Positions 42,806 to 55,633 of a stretch of 64,000 nt of DNA are shown piece after piece. Position numbers and translations under genes: made by a program. The stretch comes from Octopus vulgaris (taxonomy: Eukaryota). Each line of letters begins with the position of its first letter. Positions within the stretch are counted from its first letter, which is position 1. The stretch covers positions 95,542,001-95,606,000 of the forward strand of contig OX597817.1 in NCBI GenBank assembly GCA_951406725.2, given 5' to 3'. The notes under the pieces were generated by a model. It saw only the letters and a program-made list of their open reading frames with translations, was not told where the DNA came from and made no database searches.

Positions 42806-42837
<32 letters not shown>

Positions 42838-42843
<6 letters not shown>

Positions 42844-44290
42844 TCGACTGTATCCTTGCCTCCCTAGTGGCTTCCCTCCCCTCCCACATCCACGACACTA
42901 ATCATGCTCTCCGTCTCTTCAACTCTTTCTCCTTCCCTCCTTGCCCTTCTAGACTTCTCTTCACTCTTGATATCAAGGGTCTATATACGGTGATCCCACA
43001 CAACGAAGAACTCCTTGTATTCAAACACTTCCGAAACCTTCGATCCAGTCCCCAATCTGACACCTCCATAATTCTTCGTCTGGCCGAATTTGTTCTCTCC
43101 CTCAACTGCGTCTCGTTCGCGGGGTATTTTTACCAACACCTCTCGGGAGTGGCCGTGGGAACAAAAATGGGCCCCAACTATGCGAATCTGTTCGTTAGAT
43201 ATGTTGAGGCCCAAATATTCTCACGATTCACTCCCGAACTATACGGTCGTTATATTGATGACTCTATCGGGGTGACCTCGCTCTCGTGCGAACAACTTGA
43301 CTCCTTCCTATCTTTTGTCCAATCCTTCTATCCTGTCTTCGAATTCTCCTGACTATTTCCAACACTCCTGTCGCATTTCTCGACATTTCGGCCAATGTAC
43401 ACCACTCCGTACTCACTACCCCCATCCACTACAAACACACCGACTCACACTCTCCATTCCTTACTCCCAATTCCTCCATCTGTGCAGGCTCTGCAGTGAC
43501 AACCGTGACTTTCAGACTCATGGTTCTCTACTTCATCCTTTGTAGATATCCCCTCACCACTATCCACACAGCACTTGCCAGAGCACATTCCGTGTACCGG
43601 TCCTCTGCTCTCTCTTCCCGTACCCGCCCCACCGTTGCCCGTCTCTCATTTCCCCTCATATACCCTCCACTCTGTCCCACCAACACACCATTCTTCGAAC
43701 CTTCCGTCGATTCCAGTTCGACACCTCCACCTCACACATCTTCCCCAACCTACCCCTTCTCTCCTTCAAATGACCCCCATCCTGCGTGACCTCCTGGTCC
43801 GCAGTTTCTACCCTAAGCCCACCTCCCAACCTGGCTCGTTCCCCTGCTCCCGACCACGCTGCCGCACTTACCCCTACCTCTCCAATACTACCATCCTCAC
43901 AGGCATTCATCATCGTCCCTATCATATCACTGACTCCTTTATCTGCCCTTCTAGAAACGTCATTTACTTCATCTCCTGCTCTTTCTGCCCTTCCCTATAC
44001 ATCAGTCAAACGGAACGTCGCTTGGCTGACCGGTTCATGGAACACCTCCGAGATATCAAACTCGGCAATGACACTCCGGTCTTGCGCCATTTCCGCTCTA
44101 CCGGTCATTCATTACAACACCTGTATGTGTTCGGATTGTCTTTGCACAGGATCCATCCGGATTCCCGCCTTCGCCGCGAACAAGAATTAATCTTCCCTCT
44201 TCGCCCTTTGCCCCACATGGGCTCAACTCTCCTCCACTCTTCATCTGACTCCTCTCCTCTCTTCATCTGACACCTACTTCCTCCCTTCAC
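42838..44290 (+). mobile_element. Penelope-like element (Neptune-type) RT + GIY-YIG pseudogene
   Basis: LDIKGLYTVIPH, GVAVGTKMGPNYANLF and RYIDD; Cys linker PCSRPRCRT; NVIYFISC..LYISQT..R..EH. Confidence 0.9.
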
Positions 44291-44836
44291 TCTTACTCAC
44301 CTTCTGTCTTCACTGATACTCAGCTTCTCGTTTCATTGATACCCCCCGACACCCCTTACTCCCACCCACTGCACCCACCCATCCCCACCCCCACCATACA
44401 CGTGCAGGGTAATAATTAGAAAAAGATTTAAAAAAAATTATTTACTATTAAAACTTTTATTAGATTTAACAGAATGTCAGTAACCTTTGTGGAAGAAGTC
44501 TGTATACGGTATTTTATGCCTGCAGTGTATTTTGTGTTTAAGCAGTTTCATTTTTCAACTTTTCAAATATGCGTTCTAGGCTAATGCATATCAAGAAGCT
44601 GTTTCCTTTTGTAATGGTGTTAGCTATTCCGGTTTAGTTTCCGATTTAGAATGTTTGTAAAGTATTCTTCTTTTGTTTTTCGTAGTTGATCATTTCCTCT
44701 TAGATTTTGTTAGAAGTGAATATTTTAAATTGTTGACTATACGTATATATAGTCACACACACGTACACGCACACACAAACCACACAATACACACACTGCA
44801 CACTACACAGATATATAATGCATATATGATATGAGA

Positions 44837-44870
<34 letters not shown>

Positions 44871-44878
44871 TTTTTTTT

Positions 44879-45093
44879 TACTCTTTTACTTGTTTCAGTC
44901 ATTTGACTGTGGTCATGCTGGAGCACCGCCTTCAGTCGAGCAAATCGACGCCAGGACTTATTCTTTGTAAGCATAGTACTTATTCTATCGGTCTATTTTG
45001 CCGAACCGCTAAGTTACGGTGACACAAACACACCAGCATCGGTTGTCAAGCGATGTTGGTGGGGGGGGGGACAAATACAGACACACAAACAAA

Positions 45094-45185
<92 letters not shown>

Positions 45186-45340
45186 TATGGCGGGCTTCTT
45201 TCAGTTTCCGTCTACCAAATCCACTCACAAGGCTTTGGTCGACCCGAGGCTATAGTAGAAGACACTTGCCCAAAGTGCCACTGAACCCGGAACCATGTGG
45301 TTGGTAAACAAGCTACTTACCACACAGCCACTCCTGCGCC
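44879..45340 (-). mobile_element. Family B (CORE-type) SINE
   Basis: Full-length reverse-complement match to 50849-51255. Confidence 0.9.
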
Positions 45341-45730
45341 TATATATATAAAATATTAAAACATCAGCTTGTGACTACAAATATTTCTGCACATTACGTC
45401 AAATCATGTTTACTTGCTTTGTCTCTGTTGTGCATGTAGTCACCTTGCCAAAATGTAGGTAGATGTAACTACCCTTAGAAACTATTAAGAAGCATGAGAA
45501 GGCAACGGAAAACACATTTAACAACATATATTTAATTTATATTTAATTTATATTTAACAACACAACAAAGTGCAGTATTTCTTTTATTTCAAAACTAGAA
45601 AAGGTTAATTTGTTTTTCAATCTGTATTTAAATACCTTTCACTTGCCTGTGTAAGCTCATGTGTTGATTTTCCCATTATGTCTCTATTCTTTTTCTCCGT
45701 AAATAATCAAGAGGTGGAGCTATGCGCGCA

Positions 45731-45794
45731 TAAGGATTTCAATCTGGTTCTGGTGAATCGAAGTCGATTCACCAGAACCAGATTGAAATCCTTA
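45731..45794. repeat. Perfect 31-bp inverted repeat with 2-nt spacer
   Basis: TAAGGATTTCAATCTGGTTCTGGTGAATCGA-AG-TCGATTCACCAGAACCAGATTGAAATCCTTA. Confidence 0.95.
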
Positions 45795-46319
45795 CGATGA
45801 AAGCATGTGAGATAAATCTTGTGATATGTACGAAACAGTTTTAGAAACAGATAGTGATGATTGTAAAGAATTTGATGGCTTTTAGATAAATACATGTGGC
45901 ACGTTTGATGTCTTATTGATATTATTTAGTTCGATAGGAAAAAAAAAAATTATGTCTCTTTTTTAAATGCAACTACTGTAAAATAATTTTATTGAAAAAT
46001 AAGGTTTGTGCGTAATTCAAATTGTGTTATTTACAGATATTTTATGAAAAATATAAATATGTTATTCGAAATATTATTACTACAGTTATACATCACCATT
46101 AAAATTTTTCAAAGGTTAGCGACAGATAAAGGTTACTGTGAGCGAAACCATAACTCGATATTTACATTTTCTCAGCCGAGGTCGCATAGACAGAAGTTGA
46201 TTTCAATGATAGAATTATCTCTCGAATAAGCTATTTATTATAAAGATATGCCAATAAAATATAAAGTAAAAATGTTTTTATAACCTACATCATAATTTTA
46301 AAAAAAAAATGTTAGGGTA

Positions 46320-46639
<320 letters not shown>

Positions 46640-47035
46640 GGACGTCATTTGTAAATAAATATGTTAATATGTGACGTAATTGCCCGAGGTTACTGTGGTC
46701 TTTTCGTAGGTTTTTCTTTCCACGGATAAACCTCCCCATTTCTTGGGAACTTTTTGTACTATTTTTTGTACATTTTTTACATATATCCCCAACGATTTCA
46801 ATCCTTTTTGATCGTTGTCTCTATTTTTGTTTTTTCTTACTTTTTTTTGCCCCATCCTCGAAAAGAAAAACTCTACATTGTAATTGCGGATTTACTTCAG
46901 TAAGAGCTTGCGACTTGTTTCTCTACTATTTTAGGAAAAATGATTACTGCATTAAAAAGGTCTACGGTTTAAAATTAGAAATACTGTAAGTTACGCCGTT
47001 CATTATCTTCCAATATCAGACGTTAGCGTAACATT

Positions 47036-47460
47036 GTTTTCAAATTTTGGCACAAGGACAGTAATTTCGGAGTCGATTACATCGCTCCCAGTACTCAGCT
47101 AATACTTATTACATCGATCTTGAAAGCATGAAAGGCAAAGTAGACCTCGACGGAATTTGAATTCAGAAGATAAAGATGGATTAAATGTTCTGTTGTGTCT
47201 GGGGAGAGTCATTTTCTTTTTGTGCCTTATAATGTAACACACTCACCGGTAAAATTTCACTTATTTCTTATTTTTATTATTATTTAGGAAAATAAAAATA
47301 AGTGGAAATTTTACCGGCGAGTGTGTGTGTTACATTATAAGGCACAAAAAAAAAAATGACTCACCCCAGACACAACAGAACATTTAGAATATGCTTCAAC
47401 ACACGAACTCAAATAAAGAATCTTGCAAACCAAATCCGAAAAAGGACTAAATGTTGCTAA
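47036..47460 (-). mobile_element. Family A SINE interrupted by a fold-back insertion (~95-bp inverted arms)
   Basis: SINE at 47036-47187; arms at ~47183-47277 and ~47289-47385; the SINE resumes at GGACTAAATGTTGCTAA (~47444). Confidence 0.65.
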
Positions 47461-47719
47461 CCTAGACATACACAATACTTAACAAAGTTCTGAGAATATA
47501 TATATGTATATATATATAATAAAAATAATTTCTTAGGTAACCAGAAGATAGATTTGGTATTAATCTTTATTTTATACAACAGTCGTTTCAACTCATCCTG
47601 CTATTGTCTCCTATGGGTTGGACTCGTTCAACATGTTATGTTGCATCCATTTTGCAGACATATAACAACATGGCAGCCAAAACTCAGGATCATTAGCGAG
47701 ACACAACTTTATGTATGGA

Positions 47720-47825
47720 TGTACCTGATTAGGCTCAGACTGCAAAATGGATGCGACACAACATATTGAACGGAGTCGCACCCATAAGGGACAATAGCAG
47801 GATGGGTCGAAACGACCGTTGTACA
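47720..47825 (+). ncRNA. Type I hammerhead with very long helix II and core substitution G8U (probably inactive)
   Basis: TGTAC-CTGATTA-GGCTCA..TGGGTC-GAAA-C-GACC-GTT-GTACA, with inner pairing ATGGATGCGAC/GTCGCACCCAT. An inverted copy of 47740-47874 lies at 47524-47657. Confidence 0.7.
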
Positions 47826-48328
47826 AAATAAAGATTAATACCAAATCCATCTTCTGGTTACTTAAGAAATTATTATTATTATCTCAACTAACACTGCAGA
47901 GTTCCTGAAGTAGATTCAACGGAAACATACGCCGACTGCGGATGACACCAGGTAGCCCAAACTGTGCCAGTGCTCTACTAAACACTTCAACACACTAATC
48001 GACATATACCCATTAGTTCAAAATATCATATATATAACATACACACATACGCACGCGCACAGACACACACACACGTCCAAATTTAGGGCAATGGAGAGGG
48101 TGAAATGCAGGCTATATAGTTTGCTAGCTAGCAGAATCTCGGAAGTAATAATTACTCAACGAGGGGTACTCCACTAGCAACTCATCTTTCTGCGTCAATA
48201 AATCACTATTATTCCTGAAAGTTGTGTGTTTCATACATTCTACCGACTGTTCGAAGCTTACACACACACACACGCGCACGCACGCACGCACGCACGCACG
48301 CACACACACATACAAAGAGAGACACACA

Positions 48329-48365
<37 letters not shown>

Positions 48366-48798
48366 ACACACACACACAAACACACAACACACACATTTAA
48401 TTCATGGTTTTCAACAACTTCCAACAATGTTATTCTTTTTTCAAAGTAAGCGTGGAATTGCCAAGCGTACACCGAGCATAAACTATTATTCTTAACTATT
48501 GGTGTCCTCTCCGCCCTCACAACCAACCTCATTAAGCATCTATACTCTGCTAAACATCAGCATACATATCATTATACAAAGATAAACATGATAATGGGAA
48601 AAAGCTTAAATCTTAATGAAAATCCCAGAGGATAAAGACATTTATATGCCTTATTCTTGTTTTAAATTTTTTTACTTAACAAATGCAAATGGAATGTTTC
48701 TGCTTGAATCGCCAGTATACAAAGCTTTTACAAAATAATGCTTCATCTTTTTGATGTGAAAGAAAGCTATATGTTTCCGAAGAAATGTTCACGGGAGT

Positions 48799-48925
<127 letters not shown>

Positions 48926-48928
48926 ATA

Positions 48929-49340
48929 AATGCCCTGATGCAGTACCAGGCAGTGGCTCTCATGGCTTCTGATCTTAACTGATTGGAAGTGTTATCATGT
49001 ACATTGTTTTGTCTTGGTATAAAAGATGGGCTAAACAAATATTCTGCTCAATACCACAGATTTGCTTGTCAGTTGTTTGGCCTTAACCAGTTGAGCATAT
49101 CCCTTAGTGGCTGACGATATGTGCATCTATGATCATGAACAGAAATAGTGGGGAAGCATTATAGCCATGTGTTGAGAGGAATTCTTTGGGATTTGTATAA
49201 TTCACCTTGGGAAATAGGTGTTTTGTTCAACATCCTTAAATAACCCTTACTCGGGGACCTTTTGAGCAGGATAGGCCACTCGACCTGAAGAAAATTCTAA
49301 CTGGGCCCCACCTATAAGGTCATGCACTGTTCTCTCACTC
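48929..49340 (+). mobile_element. ~410-bp non-coding element inserted in (TAA/TAG)n
   Basis: Flanked by trinucleotide repeats on both sides, with a second copy at 8066-8340. Confidence 0.7.
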
Positions 49341-49344
49341 AATG

Positions 49345-49414
<70 letters not shown>

Positions 49415-49433
49415 CAACAACAACAACAACAAC

Positions 49434-49510
<77 letters not shown>

Positions 49511-49511
<1 letters not shown>

Positions 49512-49643
49512 GATCCTTTCTACTAAAGGCAGAAGGCCTAAAATTTGTGGGTGGGGGTGGGGGGACAAGTCGATTACATCGACACCCAGTGTTTCACTGA
49601 TACTTAATTTATCGACCTCGAAAGGATGAAAGGCAAATTCGAC
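49511..49643 (-). mobile_element. Family A SINE 3' part
   Basis: AGTCGATTACATCGAC..GAAAGGATGAAAGGCAAA motifs. Confidence 0.75.
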
Positions 49644-49671
49644 AACAACAACAACAACAACAACAACAACA

Positions 49672-49702
<31 letters not shown>

Positions 49703-49736
49703 CAACAACAACAATGATAATAATAATAATGATAAT

Positions 49737-49784
<48 letters not shown>

Positions 49785-49795
49785 TAATAATAAGG

Positions 49796-50050
49796 ATTTC
49801 TTTATTAACCACTCGGGATTTACATAAAAAAATCATTCTGGACAACACAGGACAAATACAATATAGGGTTACATGAAAAGCTTGTAAACAAAGAAAAACA
49901 AAAACAATTATCGAATATAACAACAAAATTTCCAAAAGTGGGAGACCTCCCAAGACTGCTCGTGAAAGCCCCTCAAGTCCACAACAGTCCTGACTACCAG
50001 GGTAACTGCCTTTCGGCTTTGTCTACAGGTGTATGCTTAGAGTAGGCCCA
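49796..50050 (-). mobile_element. Probable Tx1-like LINE 3' terminus and UTR
   Basis: Reverse complement reads GPTLSIHL* followed by a T-rich UTR ending GTGGTTAATAAAGAAAT. The clade assignment is inference. Confidence 0.45.
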
Positions 50051-50848
50051 ATTATAATGAGAAAAATAAGAATAAAAATAAATCAGCTATATCACGTAGA
50101 ATACCTGTCTTCAGATATATGATTATACATCGCAAAACAAAACTAACATTGAACACCCTCTTAACAACAACAACAACAACAACAACAACTACTACTACTA
50201 TTGAAGAAATGGTACAAGTGGATGATGGTAGAATCGTCAGAACGTGGGATAAAATATTTAAATTGACTTCCCTTTCCCCACTTCCTTTATCGACCCACCC
50301 ACAAAACCCACTGAATAGTGTGGGAAGCAGTTAAGAACTAGTTTCAATTCCCTAACATAACTTTGAGTAACAAATTTGAACCCCCATCCCCGCCCAAGAA
50401 AAACAATGTAACATTGTTTCCAATGCTTGATTACATTTTATCGTTGCTTATTTTTCTGATTGAGTGATTATTGTTTTATTTACTACGAGCAAAAGGCACC
50501 CCCACGTCCAATGGACGGTGCTGAGTTGTCAAACATTTAAGCCTAATTTTCTCAAAACAACTTGTCCGACCGTCCCATAGGCCTCCCCTTTGAGAACCAC
50601 TGATTTAACCTAAATTTGAGACACCAGTAAAAGAAGAAATAAAGATGGACTTTTTTCTATTCCAAAGAAAAACAATTGTGGCATTATCTCAAGCCAGCCG
50701 GCTTTTTTGCGCAAACTGCACGTGCATTTTTCTCGCGTACGCGTAGTATCGATCGCAACAGCTGATGTACTTGCGCGTACAAATGCACATTCCTACGGCT
50801 TTATCGAACGCATTCTCACCTGGAATCGATTTTTGTAATTTTTTCATA

Positions 50849-51255
50849 GGCGCAGGAGTGGCTGTGTGGTAAGTAGCTTGCTTACTAACCACATGGTTCC
50901 GGGTTCAGTCCCACTGCGTGGCACCTTGGGCAAGTGTCTTCTACCATAGCCTATGGCCGACCAAAGCCTTGTGAGTGGATTTGGTAGATGGAAACTGAAA
51001 GAAGCCCGTCGTATATATGTATATATATATGCGTGTGTGTGTTTGTGTGTTTGTGTTTGTCCCCCTAGCATTGCTTGACAACCGATGCTGGTGTGTTTAT
51101 GTCCCCGTTACTTAGCGGTTCGGCAAAAGTGACCGATAGAATAAGTACTGGGCTTACAAAAAGAATAAGTCCCGGGGTCGAGTTGCTCGATTAAAGGCGG
51201 TGCTCCAGCATGGCCGCAGTCAAATGACTGAAACAAGTAAAAGAGTAAAAGAGTA
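50849..51255 (+). mobile_element. Family B tRNA/CORE-type SINE, full length
   Basis: A box TGGCTGTGTGG, B box GGTTCAGTCCC, CORE-like CCTTGGGCAAGTGTCTT and a (GTAAAAGA)n tail. Confidence 0.9.
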
Positions 51256-51364
51256 AGACTTATACACGCCCTGATACCGTCGGTATCTACATATCAAATT
51301 TGAGCGCAATCAGATGGAGGATGCCCGAGATCCTAGACTGACAGAACGGATTTTATATAATAGA
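51256..51364 (-). mobile_element. Non-autonomous Helitron-like 5' end (element interrupted by the SINE)
   Basis: Minus strand A|TCTATTATATAAAATCCGTTCTGTC, similar to the start of Helitron B. Confidence 0.5.
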
Positions 51365-51693
51365 TTGTTGATATTTTGCTGAATGTTACTATTTTCTTTT
51401 AGAGACAGTTAAATTGTTCTGCTCTTTCATAAATTCTCTTCATTTCTCAAATTACTCTATGTTTACTTACCAATCTATTATAATTGCTCATATTAATTAC
51501 TAGGAAGCACACAGTATTTCGTTTTGCAACCAAGTATATTAAAGGCTTACAAGCCAATATTGTGTCAATACTGTGTCCTTGCAAGGAAATAATATTTACG
51601 TTTCAGCTGACAGGAATGTGTTTAACATGTAAATGAACTTATCCAACAGTGTTTCACCGTTAAACTTAATGAGTATTTAAGCGATACGTTCGT

Positions 51694-51768
51694 AGGTAGT
51701 TGATGGGTTGGACGTGGTGCTGATGAAAGGGCAATAATTCTTGAAATATGCTTACACACCAATTACCT
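51694..51768 (+). ncRNA. Decayed type I hammerhead (Penelope terminal-repeat type)
   Basis: GTG-CTGATGA-AAGGG-CAATAA-TTCTT-GAAA-TATGCT-TA-CAC with distal pairing AGGTAGTTG/CAATTACCT; helix III is mismatched. Confidence 0.55.
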
Positions 51769-53231
51769 ATTTTTTTCTATTTTCGATTGCATTGTTTACA
51801 TAAACGTGTTCGCATACAAAACGTCATAACTTACAGTGCTGGCTCTGAATTCTATAGAAAATCTATAGAGATAAACTTAAAAATATAATTACTCACTCCT
51901 GCAGTGCCTACTGCATGATACAGGAATAAAGTTGTTTTCAGAGTATGTATTAAAATTGCTGTCATTACTTTGTGTATTTTGAATATGTATTTTTAATCAA
52001 ATTATTTTTTAAATGTTTCTTGATTTTGAGCTGAAAGTTTTATATCTTCTAGGCTACAAGGGTACCACCCAAACATAATAATATGAAGTAAGATATACTT
52101 TATCTAAATATCTAAGTGCTTTTCTATGAGCAGTGATTTACCATTTACATTGTAGAGGGTTTACAGCTAAAGCATATCTAAGTTTTAGAATTTAACTCTT
52201 AGAAACACATTAAAACTAAAATATGTGAATGTTAATGTTTCCGCGTATTTTTTGCTTTTTAGTTGTGTAGTTGATCAGAAATAGAATCTAATCTCCTTTA
52301 GTCTATTCTTCAGTTCTTTTCTTTAGTTTGTTTCAGCCAAAACCATACTGGAGCACTACTTAGGTTTACAAAACTATTTTAGACTTTTAAAAACTTAGTA
52401 ATTACAACTAAGTTATGAATAAATATAGAGTCATATCCGCATATTTAGTCTCAGCGATATTTGGGCACCAAGGGCTTTTCGGTAGTTTGGAATGAAGATC
52501 GGGGTGTCTGGTAGAATTGTTACTTGGAAATTTATCAGAATCAGTTTACTGCCCTTCTCTAAGTAACCTGAGACTACTCGTTACAATGTAAACAAGCATG
52601 TGTCTCGGCAAATGTTATTCACAAAATGGCACAAGGTTGACGACCTGAAAATAATTATTCGAGTACCAATAGAACATGAATATATATAAGTATGGTTTGT
52701 AAATAAATAGGCTATAAATAGTTTCGTACTTATCTGAATATGATCTTTCACATTATAATGTCTATAATTTATGTTACGATAATGGGGAAAGGATCCTATC
52801 CTTTTGATCTCTAAATTTTTGAATCTTTTAATTTAGAGTAGATGATTATTTAATATATGCTTACAAAGTCTAATATTTAAACTTTATTTGTTAGATTGTA
52901 TAATGGATTGACGCATAATATTGTTATATGAACAAGTAATACTTTGCATCGTTACATATGTAGGATAATAACACAGATTCAACCTCATAATCTCAATACA
53001 TCACCTTTGTGATGTACTGAGGTTATAAGGTTGGATTATATAGTGCATTGTATATATAAGAAAAATAAACATTTAAATTGAATGGTCATTCAAAATACAT
53101 CTCATATTGCGCCAAATATTCTCTTTATAAAGATTGTTCTATTCTTTCATAAATGGTGAACCAAGAGACCTAAAGACAAGTTAGACATCGTTTAGCTATT
53201 TAATGTACGGAAAAGCACACTATCAATACAT

Positions 53232-53622
53232 ACACTCCATCTCGTACTGAGTTCGACTTTGCCCTTCATCCTTTCGGGGTTGATAAAATAAGTAGCAGTT
53301 GCACACTGGAACCGATGTATTCAACTATCTTCATTCCCGCCAAAATTTCAGACCTTGCGCTTATAGTAGAAAAGAATATATACCCTTTATCTACCTCGCT
53401 CTGCTTCATCTTACGAATTCTTAATATGATATTCCTTATATATATATACATATATAAAGGTAGATAAAGGGTATATATTCTTTTCTACTATAAGCGCAAG
53501 GTCTGAAATTTTGGCGGGAATGAAGATAGTCGAATACATCGGTTCCAGTGTGCAACTGCTACTTATTTTATCAACCCCGAAAGGATGAAGGGCAAAGTCG
53601 AACTCAGTACGAGATGGAGTGT
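53232..53622. repeat. 165-bp inverted duplication of a SINE fragment plus flank
   Basis: 53232-53396 matches the reverse complement of 53458-53622 with one mismatch seen; the second arm lies inside (TA)n. Confidence 0.92.
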
Positions 53623-53623
53623 G

Positions 53624-53674
<51 letters not shown>

Positions 53675-54279
53675 AATATAAAAAAAAACGTTAGACACAA
53701 AGAGAAATGAAAACATAGAAAACAAACTTTTTTTCGAACAACGAAAAAAACCAGAGAAACGAGACATGCAACATAAAGAATATTCTCCTTCATATTCCAG
53801 TTTCATATACCCCGCGTTTTCGAAGGTAAGGATAATACACAACTTCGATGAAACAGTCCTTCCCGCAAAGCAAATTAAATAACATTTGGGATTTTTTGCG
53901 GAGGGTGAAAGTGGTAACAAGAACAGGACAGTGAGAATAAGACTGTAAAAACAAACGGTGAGGCTGTTGAGCCAAGACGATAGAAAAATTATTATGAACA
54001 CTAGGAGGACGAGCTATGAGAGGAGACAGGTATAAGCACATCTTGTCTTTAGGAAGGAAATGGACAGAAAGATAGATTCCCTTTCGTCACGTGTCAGAGT
54101 CAAGGCGGAAGAGTGAGAGAGAGAGAGAGAGAGAGAGAGGGGGGAACAGTGAAGAGGAGAGGAGAAGAATGTGTAGCCACAACACATTCTCTATTTTCTC
54201 TCCTTGTTTCTTTCTGTGTTCCTTCCTGTGGAAGAGCGTAAGCTCGAGACGTTAAAGACTTTTTCACTTCCAATATTAA

Positions 54280-54785
54280 AAATATAATCGTACACAACAC
54301 ACAAAAACCACAATACGAAAACAGCTGTTCATGCAGGAATAAAAAATTGTGCTCGCTAAATGGAGCTTGCATGTCCGAGACCATTATCTACGAAGCTATC
54401 GTGGACTCTATACCCACTAAAGACACGGTTTCGACGAAGAAATAGGTGGGCCTTACAGAGGGTAATTTCAAGGCCAGGTTCAATAACCACACATTGAGTT
54501 TTAGGCACTGGGACAAAAGGAAAACGACAAAATTATCCAATCGTATATGGTCATTAAAAGATAAAGGTGTCAGTTACAACATCCATTGGAAGGTTTTTAG
54601 CCGAATGCAAGCCCTACATCAACGGCAGCGGAAAGTGCGGTCTATGTGACATGGAAAGATGGCTCATCTGGAAAAGCAGCTTAGACCCTGCTACATGTCT
54701 AAACACAAGGACAGAACTTTTCGGATCATGCCCACATGTAACCAAATTTTTGTTACGTTTTTGGTCCCCCCAAAACTACAGATAG
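54280..54785 (+). mobile_element. Penelope-like element (Naiad-type) GIY-YIG endonuclease pseudogene
   Basis: CSCR..C.LNG.C..IIYEA..*VGLTEGNFKARFNNH..LS..IW.LK, then after a frameshift CGLC..E..LN.R.E..CPH. Confidence 0.85.
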
Positions 54786-55633
54786 AACTTGCTTTCTATG
54801 TTATGTCCACGCACAAGTTTTATTGATCTCATTATACCTATTACTTTTATTTTTCATATATTTTTATATATATATCATAGAGAATTTGGTTTATAGATAT
54901 ATTTTTGTACACATAATTTTCTGTACTCTACCTTCCACCCTGCATTTTTCCTTGTGCCTATATAAACGTGTATATGGAATCATTTGTACGCGCGTGTAGA
55001 TGTGTACGTCTGTGCAGGTATGTATGTATATAGATGTGTGCATGTGTGCGGGCATAAGAGTACATATATGTATAGACGTTTTTACTCAGTGTTTTTACAA
55101 TTTTTCCTGTTTTTTTCTTTTTAGACGTATGTATAATCCTTTTTGTGCGTGCGCGTGTGTATGCGTATATAATTGTGTGCGGGTATGTGCATATATGGGC
55201 GTGTCTGTGTGTGCGTGCATAAGGATATGTCCGTATACGAACGTGGTTTACTCTTTGTATACTTCCTTATGCCTTTTTTTCTGTATTGTTACCATTAACT
55301 CTGTTTTTTCTTGTGCTTGTGCGTATGTAGAAATATGTATGAACTTTTACGGTGCGCGTGTGTGTGTGTGGGTTTGTATGTATATGCATATACATTTGGC
55401 GAAAGATGCGAGTGAATATGCGTACGTTTTTCTAGTGATGTATGCGTACGTACGTAGGTGTGCGAGCGCACATGTGTACGTATGAACAGGCGCGCTTACG
55501 CGTATACTATTGAACATTTTACCTTACCTTAATTAGCGGTCATTCGAATAGCGCTTTTGTATAAATAGCGATCTATAACACAGTAATTTCCCTTTGTATA
55601 ACGGTCTTTTTTCATAGCGTTTTCCTGATGGCC

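Noticed and set aside
49644-49790. AAT/GAT/AAC/AGC variant blocks in microsatellites as an A-to-I editing footprint
   Set aside because: Changes occur in both A>G and T>C directions and are explained by transition bias plus slippage.
50590-50602. hAT/Charlie-like terminus TTGAGAACCACTG
   Set aside because: No matching left terminus or 8-bp TSD was found.
50849-50925. tRNA genes at SINE heads
   Set aside because: A and B boxes are present, but each head runs into a SINE body and no complete cloverleaf was seen.
54325-54785. Selenocysteine recoding in the Naiad-type endonuclease
   Set aside because: No in-frame TGA occurs at Cys positions, the one stop is TAG at a Tyr position, and no clear SECIS was seen.
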